Shown here: positions 42,486-54,789 of the stretch, in pieces
Numbering within the stretch: the stretch's first letter is position 1
How the letters are laid out: each line of letters starts with the position of its first letter
NCBI GenBank assembly: GCA_964035545.1
Contig: OZ037770.1
Coordinates: forward strand, 868,001 to 932,000
DNA from: Bugula neritina
Taxonomy: Eukaryota; Animalia; Bryozoa
Direction of reading: 5' to 3'
DNA: 64,000 nucleotides
Notes under the pieces: model-generated
Database searches by the model: none
What the model saw: the letters and a program-made list of their open reading frames with translations, nothing else
What the model was told of the DNA's origin: nothing
Position numbers and translations under genes: made by a program

Positions 42486-45400
42486 TGCTGCTCTAATTTT
42501 CGTTGGAAATAAGCTTCTGCAAAAATTATTACTGATCACTCTGAACTAACTTGTCATAACTTCTAACCAGTATGAGAGTCTAGTAATGTGGATTTTATTG
42601 TATATGATAGTTGAATATAAGAAATGCAACAACAAATAACTTCTAAAGATTAAAATAAGAAAAAAAAAACATGAAAATAAACATTTGCAGAATTTTTCTA
42701 TGACTGTAAATTCAGTTAACTTTTCTGCTAAGACCATAGTGTGTGTCATAACATTCTTGCTCTGTAGTGTAGTGATAACTAAGCAGTTGTGGTGTGTAAT
42801 GGTTAGCACACCTGTGTGCAAGTCCAGGTCCGTGATAGTAACTCCAGTACAGGAGAGGGGAGGGGGAAGTTTTATAACTAATTCCATCGGTTGGTAAAGT
42901 GTGGTAGTACTCCGAGAGGAGTTGAGTGGTCAGGGAAGCCTGGAGAAGTAGTATAAAAAAGGCAGCTGGGTTCTTGAGAAGTGGGTGAGGTGTAGTGTCG
43001 AGAGCACCCAGTGACGCTTGTAATGCAGTGGTGAGTGCGCCTGCTTGCAGGCTGAAGGTCTCAGCATGATTCAAAGTTTTGTAGCGGTCAAATTCTTTTT
43101 TGTGCTCCTATTCAGCACCTTTGAGTGCATGGTCTTAAAAAATGTTATGGGATCTACAACAAAAGATAAAAGTTGGGTAATATTTAAACTGTATTAGTAT
43201 AAACAGTAAACATTTGGTTAAGATATACAATCACAAGCAGCGTAAATAAATTAAGTTCAACTTTGAAGAAGCTGAAGTCTAAGGCCAAAACTAATAATAT
43301 CAATGATGTTAGCTACGAATCTTTTAGCATATTTTCAGCACCATCGTACCAATCGTTTGATTCTGAATAACCATACTGGCTTTGGCAAACTTATGATCAT
43401 TATGTTGCGTAGTGTTTGGGTTAGTTTGAGCTTATCAAAATTTAGTAACAATTTTTGCCATCATTTTATTTTACTTCTTTCTTAATTACAAATGCAAGAG
43501 CTGTTGGGCATAATTAGTTTAGTTTATAGAAGCTTCTCTGCATTAAAATTATATCAAAATGTCAGTGAATCACAATTTAAGCTGGAGTCAGCATTTTATA
43601 TGGACCCCTCATATCGAGATAACAGATATTGATAAGTTTCAGTATGTCTATAAATTGAAAAACAAATAAAGTACTACCAAGAAAAATATTGCTACTTAAA
43701 CATGTTTTTATATTTAATTGTGCTGTGCAAAGATAAATAAAAGAATAAACTGGTGGCACGGAAGTTAATGAAAAATTTTGCCAACTCACCACTAATATTG
43801 GCATTTTGGTACTTAGCTATAAAAGAAGAAGCTAGCTTGGCAGCTGATTAAGGCTAATAACTACTTGTAGGCTGCTAAATTGCATTATTAACAATACTTT
43901 TACAATGGGGGAGGGAATTTAAATTAATGAATTTAGCACAAATTGTTAGAAGGTGAAGTGGAAATAAAACGCTAATTTTTTTGAAAATAGATTGTTACAG
44001 GAAAACTCATATCAAATTGATATAGGAATAGAGTAGTTTGGGAATTATTAGTCAAGGTGGTCTCTTAAAAGTTATGGTTGCACAAATTCAATTATCTGTC
44101 TACAGCAATAGTCATACTGTCATTGTGATATCAAATGACAACGTTAAGCAAATGATTGGGCTTACCTTTTGCTGCAATGACAACTTCAGTTCTTAACTCT
44201 GAAAGAAAGTGATCATCTTCTATCTCTGAGAGGTAGCTGCAATCTTCACCCATGTGATGAAATGATTCAATGTTTTCCATGTTGTGGGGTTGTTTGGAAG
44301 CACAAATTCACTGAATCTCAAAGCACAACCTCTTAGTCTGAGCCTCTGGTGTTCACTATGCCGGCAAAATATTTCTTCTGTCAATAGCCGTGAATGAAAA
44401 CTATGTGCTGTTATGTGATAACCTTTGCTTTGCTCTGTCACTGCTTGGTAAGCCAGTTTCTTGCCTTTGAATTACAATTTAAATATTTCCTTACTATAAC
44501 TCTGTTATGCAACATCTTCTTTTGTTCCACCGGGTAGTTTACACAAGTTTACACAAGGCTCTTGAAGTGGTTCACCTGATCCACAATTGACTATTCAGTA
44601 GCTTGTTTCATTGTTAATTTTAAGCTTCTTGTTTGAAACACATTTGCTGATAACTGAGTACATTGGAGTTTAATGGTGCATCTCTCTGATCTCTCTTTTA
44701 CACACATTTTAAATTAGTTGGCTTTCCTTTCCATGAATGAAATTGACTAGTGAAGCCTAAACTACCCATGCAAGAGATATGTGCAGTTGAAATTTTTTGT
44801 TGATAAATTCAACTTAAGTCTTTGATAAACGGAGTGGGGCAATGTTTAATAGTAGTCTGGTAACAAGCTATTTGAAAATGTCTTGAGTTCAAAAAAATTT
44901 CAAAATCATAAACAGCTAGTAGGTTGAAGGAGTTTCATGCCACTTATATGCTCCCCAGTTAGGTTGTATTTTTTGTTTTGGTACTAAGTATTATATACCT
45001 ATATACCCTTATTTAACTTTCATATCAATTGCTAAACATAAAATAACCATTAATATGATAAATTTGCAATAATATTTCAATTTTTTCAAATTTGTGTTGA
45101 AAAAAAGCATTAAATGCATTAATAATAACATTTTTTCAAAAAACAAAAAATATAGAAAATGCAAAATCAATAGGTTTATGCAGAGCAAAGAAATTTATTT
45201 GTGTGCCAATTATAAAAAGCAATTGACTCAAATTCATTTAAATACACATATATTTTAATAGTATTCAAATAAATTACACGTAAAATGTATAAATAGCATC
45301 TAAATGGGAAGCACCAATTGAAATGACCCAAATGTAGGGTTCAACTCTATCCTAGCTTGCTATAAAGGTTTGTGATCATCATTAGTGCACATGTGAACGA

Positions 45401-45755
45401 ATAATGTTGTTAGGTGAACAACTGCCGATTGTTCCATAATTCTTATGTAAATAAAATGTTGCTTGAACATATTTAGTTGTAGCATTGATCTCACTTTCTG
45501 CTCCTATCAACTACTGTTTAGCTTCATTCAGACCTAGGGATGATGATTACGTAATACTTGTGAAAAGTAGCGTTGATTTAACAACTAAGTAGTTTCAGAG
45601 CTACTACAAAATATTTTTCAGCTTACACTAATCGGATTAATTTTCAATTTCATCAAAATAAGTGCAGGTCTAACAACTATTAGAGGTGTGGTGCAGGCTA
45701 TACCGACAATAAAAGGCTCTTTGAACAACTTTAGTGCAAGCGCTGCACTAATATT

Positions 45756-45800
<45 letters not shown>

Positions 45801-45868
45801 GTAGACATAATCTGGGAAGTATTTCCATGTATATTTAGCTTCTTACATTATCCTCTAATTGTTTTCAG

Positions 45869-46001
45869 AAGTGCAAGCTGCTATGTGGAGTGTTTCTTAA
45901 AGGCTACTGGTCAATTGGTGCCTGAGTTGGCAACTCCTAGTGTTCTAGACAAATTTTCACTCATACTTCGGCGATTAGGTCTTTCTGTAGATTTAGATTA
46001 G
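45869..46001 (+). CDS. Candidate terminal exon of the secreted-protein gene
   Basis: Acceptor GTTTTCAG; read in phase 2 after exon 4 it gives G-SASCYVECFLKATGQLVPELATPSVLDKFSLILRRLGLSVDLD*. Other exon-like pieces at ~45483-45550 and ~45622-45740 could intervene and change the frame. Confidence 0.4.
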
Positions 46002-46542
46002 GCTTTACTATAGTATGTATTGCTGTATCATTATGATGTTATTTATAATGCAGTTTTTGTTGCAATAGTTGAGGGGACAAAACTCCTACCAACGAACTAA
46101 CAACATGTGCTTTGAAAAGTGTTAACTTTACACACGATATTACTAAAGTTACTTGCTTAAAAGGTTTTAACATTTATTCTGTGAGAAAATTGTTTGCCAA
46201 AATAATAAAATTCAAAATATCACAATTAATGAATTGTAATGCTTAACCACTTTGTCTGTTAAACTAAATTTTAGTATAGATTTCTATTTCAATTGTGTAG
46301 TATAAGTTCACTATTATAGTTCGATCACTATAGTTTACTATTATAGTTCACTATAGTCAAATCAAATTTAACTAATTTTATCTTAGGCTGCTGATGATTG
46401 AGTGACTCCAATGAATGATGCAACAATCAGTGAGCAAAAACCAGATGACTGCTTTTAGCTGTTATTATGACCTACTTTTTTGGCCTTTCTATTAGAATTT
46501 TGCAATGACTAATAAAGGCTATAGATATGCTTTGATTTCATT

Positions 46543-46592
<50 letters not shown>

Positions 46593-46968
46593 TTATATAT
46601 ATTTATATATATTTATATTTATATATAATATCAAAATGCTTGCCAACAAAAAGGATATTAAAACAAAACAGACACCCTGGTATTTGATGGGAAAATGGCA
46701 ATTGCAAAAGATATCATATAACTAAAGGTGACTAAAAGCTTTGTCTACTCAAATGGCCCCGTTTCCAGGTAAAAGAGATAAAACATTCTAAAACATTCAA
46801 CCTATATACAAACAATAGCACATTAGCAAATTGGGTATAATTATTCAACCAATAATAGTGAAAATAGTTATTTTAGTGAAATGAGTGTAAGCCACAATGC
46901 GTTTGAAGTTTGCACCAAACCAAAGTATTTAGCGCAAATTCTTATCTTGTACAAATCAATAGACAAGA

Positions 46969-49299
46969 TTATGTTGTGTTCAAAACGTTAGTCTCAGGTA
47001 AACAAATGTTATAAAAAGTATTTAATTGGAAACTGTTAATATTTCTCCACTGTATCCAGCCATCTCTCTGAAGTGAAGACTTGGTAGTTGTCTGTTCATT
47101 TTCTTCAAGAGTAGACAACTCATAGTAATGTGGATCCTACAATAATGTATGGATTACAATAGCTTCTCATTACTGATAAAAACACAATTAAAACTGATTG
47201 CTGACTTTGAAAATACAAACAGCAGAAAAATCTTTTTTAGCAAATGCTACCAAATGTGTGTTTATTCCAGTCACAAGCAAGAAATGAAATAAATGGAAGT
47301 GGTTAGAATTTCTTTACTAGCACTAGCAGATATGAATCGGATGTGAGAGAGGAAGTAGCCAGTCCCACAATTCCTTTAGAGGAAGTGTCAGATTCTCTGC
47401 CTACAAATATGTATGTAGAGAAATATTATTGGATGAAAACACTCAAAATATCACAGAACCTGTTGAGAATACCCTGGCTTTCCAAATAGAAAATAACTCC
47501 TAAGTTTGACTAATGTATACAAAATTTAGATATATTTTATTACTCCAATCATGGGTTTAAATAGAAAGAATTCTTTTGCTTTTCTAAAATATATGATAGT
47601 ACTGATTATAAACTACCCTGTGCCTCTGATATACAATTCCTCAGAAACAATGCAAAGCTATATAAAGAACTGTATGTCTGTCTGTTTACTAAACAAACAA
47701 TAAACAATGTAACACTAACCCATCATAAGTACAGATTGATTTGAGAGAAACTGGTTTCTTATCTCCTGAATGTGAGAGCTCAACTGGTAGCCACTACTGA
47801 CATGTAATATCTTACAAGGTATCTACAAAACGTATGCAATAAGTTATTCTAACTAATTATTAGTACTGAAATAATAATTGGAAAGAAAACATGAAGATCA
47901 TTCACCACATTAAAGCATGACATGCTGGTAAACATTATTATAAACATCTTCAGTTTATCTTTAAAGTTTCCACCCCTGTGAGAACCCCTGAGGGCGAGGG
48001 CTTCCACCCCTGTGAGAACCCCTGAGGGCGAGAGCTTCTACTCCTGTGAGAAACCCTGAGGGCTACTATATAGGCCAAGGATTCAGTATACTGTAACCAA
48101 TTGTGCCAAATGTCTTTATGGCATCACCAATAGTATTACTGAATTTGACCCCGTGACCTTACGTTTGCTAAGTAGGCACTTTAAATGTTGGACTATAGTA
48201 TATTATATTACAAACATATTATATTGCATTAAAGATACAATACATTCTATCAGTAATACCATGTAGTCATGTACTAAATAAAAAATACTTTATTATAATA
48301 TAAAGAAATTATTGTACGATATATATATAGAAATAATTGAAAGATATAATTATACTAGAAATATTAGAAATAAATTATAGTATATGATTATATTAGAAAT
48401 TATATATTAAATATTCAATTATAATATCAAATTAATATTGCAATATATCATTGCGTCAAAAATGTATTAGATTCTAAATTTTGAAACTTTATCAATAAAA
48501 TAGAGTTTTGCACTTTTAAAGGGTCAAATTCGAACTATCATAGAGTTATGATAATAGTAAGTCTAAATGACTTACATCATATAACTTGTCAATAACCAAC
48601 CCCACTTCTACGCTGCCAATCCACTCCTTGGAGCCGACAAAACTCTTTTCCTTGTCGCCAATAGCAACCAGTATTTCCTGTATTTGCTGTAAGCTGGGCA
48701 CGGGCTGACTGACTGCCTTAGAACTTATCCAAGAGCACATTGTCTGGAGGGTACGGTAGCCACACCCCCAACCCTAGAAAACACAACTTAACATTAGACT
48801 ACACGGCATAAAATAAAGCATTTGGCACAGTGTGTATAGTGTTTTCGTATTTAAGGTATGCAGGGGCGTACAATGTGGTCACTTTGAAGGGGGTTTGGGG
48901 TAGAAATGGTCAGTAGACAAGGGCAATATTTTCAGTAACTAAGCTAACTGCAGTGTTGAGTTTACCCAGCAGTCTCCGTGGCGTAATGGTTAGCATGCCT
49001 GTTTGCAAGCCAGAGGTCTCGGGTTCGAATCCAAGTGAGAGCAAAAGTTTTATACTAACAAATATACAAACCAATTATTTACTGTAAGTCACACACTTTG
49101 CTTTCAACATCATGCTAAAGATAATAATAAAGACTTGTAATAGTAAATATTCCACGCAAACTACAATATAAAATTGTCTCACCCTGTCATCTATTCCATC
49201 ACATTTGTAGTGATAATATTCATAACCTGAGCTCACAATAATCTCATCACAGTTAGGGGGCGGGTCAAGCCCTTCGTGTACATCCTGTAACAGGTTCAT
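46969..49299 (-). CDS. UFSP1: Ufm1-specific protease 1, 5 exons, 222 aa
   Basis: Exons 49299-49183, 48773-48576, 47822-47720, 47400-47318, 47136-46969, all GT-AG and in frame (669 nt). Motifs YEYYHY..DDRGWGCGYRTLQTMCSW (catalytic Cys), WIGSVEV, MMGRESDTSSKGIVG, LVLDPHY, FYNICLP; catalytic-domain-only length fits UFSP1 rather than UFSP2. Confidence 0.92.
47968..48063. repeat. 34-bp GC-rich tandem repeat, ~3 copies, in a UFSP1 intron
   Basis: ttccacccctgtgagaacccctgagggcgagggc repeated. Confidence 0.85.
48972..49045 (+). mobile_element. tRNA-derived repeat (SINE-like head or tRNA pseudogene)
   Basis: A box TGGCGTAATGG and B box GGTTCGAATCC with tRNA spacing, but acceptor and anticodon stems are broken; degenerate relatives at ~42783-42850 and ~42994-43080. 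Confidence 0.65.
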
Positions 49300-50156
49300 C
49301 AACCTCAGTCACTATATACTATCAAATCTTAGCCACTTTCTACAAAACAGAAGAGAACTGTCTATTGAATGCATACTATTGTAAACTACAGTAACCTGGA
49401 TGACCAGAAACTTGCAAGATTTTGAAGTTGCATTTATATTTGTTGATATAAGAAGTTAATTAATTCCTATTATGTAAGAAAATATAACGCAGTAGTCAAG
49501 TAATACAGATTTCGGGAATTGATTAACTGTCACATATTAGAATATTAACTCAGCCACATTTTATCATCTATTCCTTTGGTTTTCATTCGACTCAGGTTTC
49601 AAAAACTCTACCTAGCGTAAGGCTTCCTGTTGCACTTATAGACTGAGTGTCCTACAACTTGCAGCTAAGAAACTACAATAAGTACTGATCGGCTAAAGCA
49701 CACAGGCTATGTAAACTGGAGCTAGTCTACATTTATAGCTTTTTCATTCGGTCTACTATAATACCACATTTCCTGTGTTCATTCCATCAACTGCAGAACA
49801 AGAAATTTCTAGCTTGCTTTTTAGAGACCACAGTTCTATAAACTATTGAAATAGTGGCTCCAATTTGTTTTCTTATGGTCACCTTTGGTCACCTTTCACC
49901 GCCGTGGTTCTTATATCTAAAGCTATTTTACAGTGAAGAACGAATAATTACCAATTTGATAAAATCTACCTCAACTCAATAAACTTAGAATCATGTGCAA
50001 TGAAGTAACGTGCATTTCCTGTCAGGTTATTGGAAAGAATAACCGTATGAGCCAACTGAATAAATCAGAAAGAAGACAACTTGGGTTTAGAAACATCAAC
50101 AATGATCTGTATTAAACATAAAAATGTACAAACAAGTTTGACTATAAAAATAAAAA

Positions 50157-52457
50157 CTAAGATTTAAATATTTTTATTTTATCCTTCAAAAGTGTGAACT
50201 TAGCAGGCATGACTTCAAACTTCTCATTGTCCATTAAATAGCATGGGTTCTCTGTCTTTGGTTCCAGGTGTATGCTAGACACTAGGAGGGATTCCGAATG
50301 CAAGGAACTCAGTCTTTCTGTCAGAAGTTGACTCTTTGAGGTCGGAGGGCTGACTGTGACCTCCAGAGCTGCAGCTAAAACACAGTAAAGGTCAAGGTCA
50401 ACATGAGTCACCAGTGAGCTGTTGGTTGTAAGCAAGGGTGACCGAATCCCCAGCCCTAAGTATGAAGTCTAGGGTGGAAAGCTCTCATAAAAACTATGGA
50501 TCTTTGCTTTATAGTTGAAATGTTAGAAGTAAAAGGTGCAAATAAATGTCAACATTAAAAGTGTAAGTAGATAAACCAACCTTGACATTCAGAGTCCTGC
50601 TTAGGAACTGTGGCTATATTAAACTGAGGACTAGATATCTCTTTTCTGTAGGTTTCACCACATTCCGGGTTATTTATCTGCAAAAAAACCAAAGCATAAG
50701 AGAAAACAACTACAAGTGCTACTCTGTGCAATCACTTTGACTACTGACTGACTGACAATGAGCATAGACTTAGAGCCACACCTGTAACCTGGGGTCAGGC
50801 TTGGCGGGTGGGGACGCCTTCCTATTGTCTGTGGGCCACCACCAAACAGATTTCTCAGGCTTAGCCTTGACTTCAGTCTCCTCAGGAGTGTAGCAGTTCC
50901 TGCACCCATCACAAGGGGGAGATAACTCTGCTGAAGCTTGCACATCTATTGGCCAATCACTGAATAACACCTGTTAACAGAGAATGTATTTTTTGAATTT
51001 AAAACAAAGAGGATCATGCTTGCTTAGGGTTAAAGTTTAAGACTTTTCTGTACTTTTTCGAATTTTAGAAGCCCAATCTCTAATAAAATATTATTGATTG
51101 TTAATAATAGAACAGTGCTATGTCTTCCTGGAAAAGCTATAAAACATAACACGACTGATTGAATTTCTTAAAGTGAAGTGTGTTAGGGGTGGGAGTAAAG
51201 GCCACCCTACCTTTTTGAGGTAGCAGTAGTACTCCTTCAGTGGACCAGGGAAGTACCAGTATTTAGACTTGAGTCTGTCTACATCTGAGTGGACACCCCA
51301 CTTGAGGTCGGACAGCACGTAGACATTCTTGTTACCCTCCCTACCGCCTTCCTCAGACTCGGAGCTAAGTTCCTGTGCAGACGGCTCCGTCTGCTGCACT
51401 TCTATTACATCAGCTAGAGTATATCTAGAGAAAAGTTAGTGTGTATCAGAGGATATCTACAGAAATTTTAGTGTTTATGAGAGTATATCTACAGAAAATT
51501 CAGTGTGGATCAGACAGAGGATATCTAAAGAAAAGTCAATGTGCTATGTAAGAAAGAGACCAATTGAAAGACAGAAAAAAAATTTCAAAAATAAAAAGTG
51601 CAAGTACGCTTTGAGCAGAAAAAGTAAAAATCTTTAAAAATTGAACACTATAAAAGAGATTAGGATGTATAGAAAAGAAACACAAAGTAAAACCAGCCTG
51701 TTATCACCAAAAAGAACAAACTACTCAGGATAGAAAAGGGGAGACTCACTTGTTAGCTATAATGGCCATCGATGCCTCACAATATCGCTCCACCTCGAGT
51801 TCACGCTTAGGAAATATTCGAGTGGCAAAATTGTTGTTAGATCCAAATGGAAGGACGCCTGCAATAAGACATGTGGCACGTATACGCAGTGGTGAAAAAA
51901 TTAAAAAAAATTTAAAAATCTTTTAATGCACTAGTTTTGTTTTTAAATTTTAATATATCAAGATAGATGAGAAAATTGTTGGAAATATATTGAAAATGCG
52001 TACCGATAGGTAAGCGTTGTGCAATTTCATCTCCTCGTCTTAGAAGGCCAGTAACAATTTCAGAAAGTGTGCCATCACCCCCGGCTACGACTATCGCATC
52101 GACAATATTTTTATCCAATACTCCCATATACTCCTTAGCCTGACCTTCGTGCTCTGTTCTTACCACGTGAATCTCAATACCAGCTAGGTGGAGCAACGGC
52201 AAAACATGTTTCTCTAACAAGTACTTAGTTTTCCCGTTTTTAGCGGCTGGGTTGAGGAATACAATAATTTTCCTAGGTCGCTCACTAGCACTAATGGTTT
52301 GTCTGCCGATTTCACGAGCTTTGAGGCAATATTCTCGCATGAGCTGATCTTCCTTGTGCCATTTTATTGCGTATTTAGAGGCGTATAAGCCACAAGCAGT
52401 AAAGAATATAGACTTTTTCCAATGTGTCCTCAATGTGGTGAATACTTTGATTATCAT
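50157..52457 (-). CDS. AGK: Acylglycerol kinase, mitochondrial, 6 exons, 426 aa
   Basis: Exons 52457-52004, 51858-51750, 51424-51211, 50970-50782, 50677-50581, 50374-50157 (1281 nt, in frame). N-terminal LRTHWKKSIFF; DAGK-type motifs VFLNPAA, VVAGGDGTLSEIVTGLLRR, PIGVLPFG; SKYWYFPGPLK; PCDGCRNC; DNEKFEVMP. Confidence 0.95.
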
Positions 52458-54789
52458 GATTATGGTTTTCTTGTTTTAATGTACTGAAGTTGTATTCATC
52501 TTTAACATACAATTATTTTATGTTTATCAAGAAAATATGTTAGAGTAAACCAGTTTGAAGGTTAGAGTTTTGAATATTAATTCACTCATTATGAAAGCGT
52601 GAATGAACAACTAAACTAAAATTGAAAGATGAAGCAGAGATAAAACTAGATTAAAACAACACTGGAGTAGTACTGGAGTGGTGATAACAGAGATATTGAA
52701 ATTTACATATAAGTTAAACTAATGAATTCCAATAATTCATGATAGTGTTACACGCAACATTTAGTCTTAAATTTAAATAAATGAAATTCAAATGATCAAT
52801 TATCCAATTATTAACTTAAATTTTAATACACATTATCAGTTTGAGAAAATCTACTCATTTAAAAACTCAAAGTTATCTTCATTTTTTCAAAAATACTATT
52901 TAGCAATATAATAATCATAGCGACTAAAAGTGAAAAGTAATACATATACTAATAGTAATAAACAAGTAATAGAGCAATACTTATACTTATAGCTATACTA
53001 AATCTAATAGCAATACTAATAGTAACTTAAATATTATTTTTATACAATTATTACCAGTGTGATTCTTTATGATTCTCATATAATTATTTATTAATTAGTA
53101 TTAATATTAATTAGTATTACTAACACTCGTAGTCATACTCATAGGACATAAACTTAGTGTGATATAAACAGCTCCGTCACAGTAACTTATATAATAAGCT
53201 ATTAGTTATCAAGTTCTTAGTTAAGTTCATTTGTTTTCATTTTGATTTTTACAAATCTTAATTTAATCACAATTTCAGATTGATATTGTCCTGGGTATGA
53301 ATTAGAATATCAATAACTATGAGTGGTAATCATTATAACTTATGATAAAGACTTGTTATTGTAGATTGCGTCTTAGTTCTTACAGTTACATTCACTCTTA
53401 GTCCAACACTTTACAGTAGCAGTTACTAATACTGACTTAGTCTAAGTCTTAATGTTACTTCTAATTTTAATACCCATACTCATATCATAATTTAATAATG
53501 TATTAAACGTAATAATATTTATAATATGAAGAGTTATACTTATGCTTATAGTTAGTTAGTTATTAGTTATACTTGTACTTGAAGTACTTTCTGAATAATA
53601 ATACTAATAGTAATACTTCAATAGTAATAGTAATACGGCGTTTGAATGAGACTTTAATAGGAGGTATTGAAAATATTGGAGGCAGGTGCAGTAAAGTAAA
53701 TCGAATCAATGAAACTTAGAGTAAAACCAAAATCTAAAACTAAAAGTTGGAGTAAATCACTAAACTTTAATTAGATTTAGTGACTAAAAGTTAAATAAGA
53801 ACTAAAAGTAAAAGTAAAAAGTAAATCAAAATTGAAAATGCACACATGATAATACATTACTATCATAGATGATTTAATCATTAATCATTTAATGTAGCCT
53901 AATCGTAATGTGTAAATGTAATGCTAATACTAATAGTAATAGTAATAATACTAATAGTATTACTGTAATAGCAATCTAATAGTAACACTTATAGTTATAG
54001 TAATACTAATACTAATAGTTATAGTCATAGTAATACTGAATATAATACTAATATTAATAATTATAATAGTTATAGTATAGTAATGCTGATACTGATACTA
54101 CTACTAGTAGTAGTAATACTGTAATAGTAATACTAATACTAATAGTAATACCGTAATACTAATAGTAATACTAATAGCTATACTAATAGAGTAATACTAA
54201 TAGTAATAGTAATACTAATAGTTATACTAATAGTAATACTAATACTAATAGTAATACTAATAGAGTAATACTAATACTAATAGTAATAGTGGTAATCATT
54301 TATTCAAAATTATTGATCATTACGTTTACACGCTGTCAATACACTCTGCACCTTTTTGTGCTTGTAGTTTAATTTCATCACTAAAGGTAATACTACAGCT
54401 ACGAGATTAGGCTATTAACTCTAAGTACTGTGAAAGCAACAAGAGACCATTAAAGTTAATACAAATCTAATGAAATTATATGGTTGTATTATATTATATT
54501 GTAGTGAAGCTCTTTGGATTTGAAGGCATGAAACCTTCGACGCACTTGTCAAGGTCAGTCATAGTTCTATGTGATTGGACCGCACACCAAAAGTATGTCC
54601 AATTATGTATGAGCTGCTAGGATAAAAAATTCGCGGACTGAGGAAATTTTATTATCAAATATTTAGTTTATCATTGCATGCGTCGACTCTTTCATCTGCT
54701 TTGTGGACTGCTCAGAGTTATAAATTAAGAATAATAATATCTTGTAAACTAGATTTATTAATATTAAATTGTATCACTTTGATCCAAAG

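Noticed and set aside
44160-44650. Coding-looking minus-strand stretch ending at a donor site
   Set aside because: Several stops and no recognisable motif; possibly an old transposon relic, but not assignable.
46388-46450. CTGATGA followed by a short hairpin (hammerhead or C/D snoRNA?)
   Set aside because: The second core reads GAAT rather than GAAA, stems I and III are missing, and there is no properly placed CTGA D box.
48972-49045. Functional tRNA gene
   Set aside because: A and B boxes are present, but the acceptor and anticodon stems do not pair properly and degenerate relatives lie nearby.
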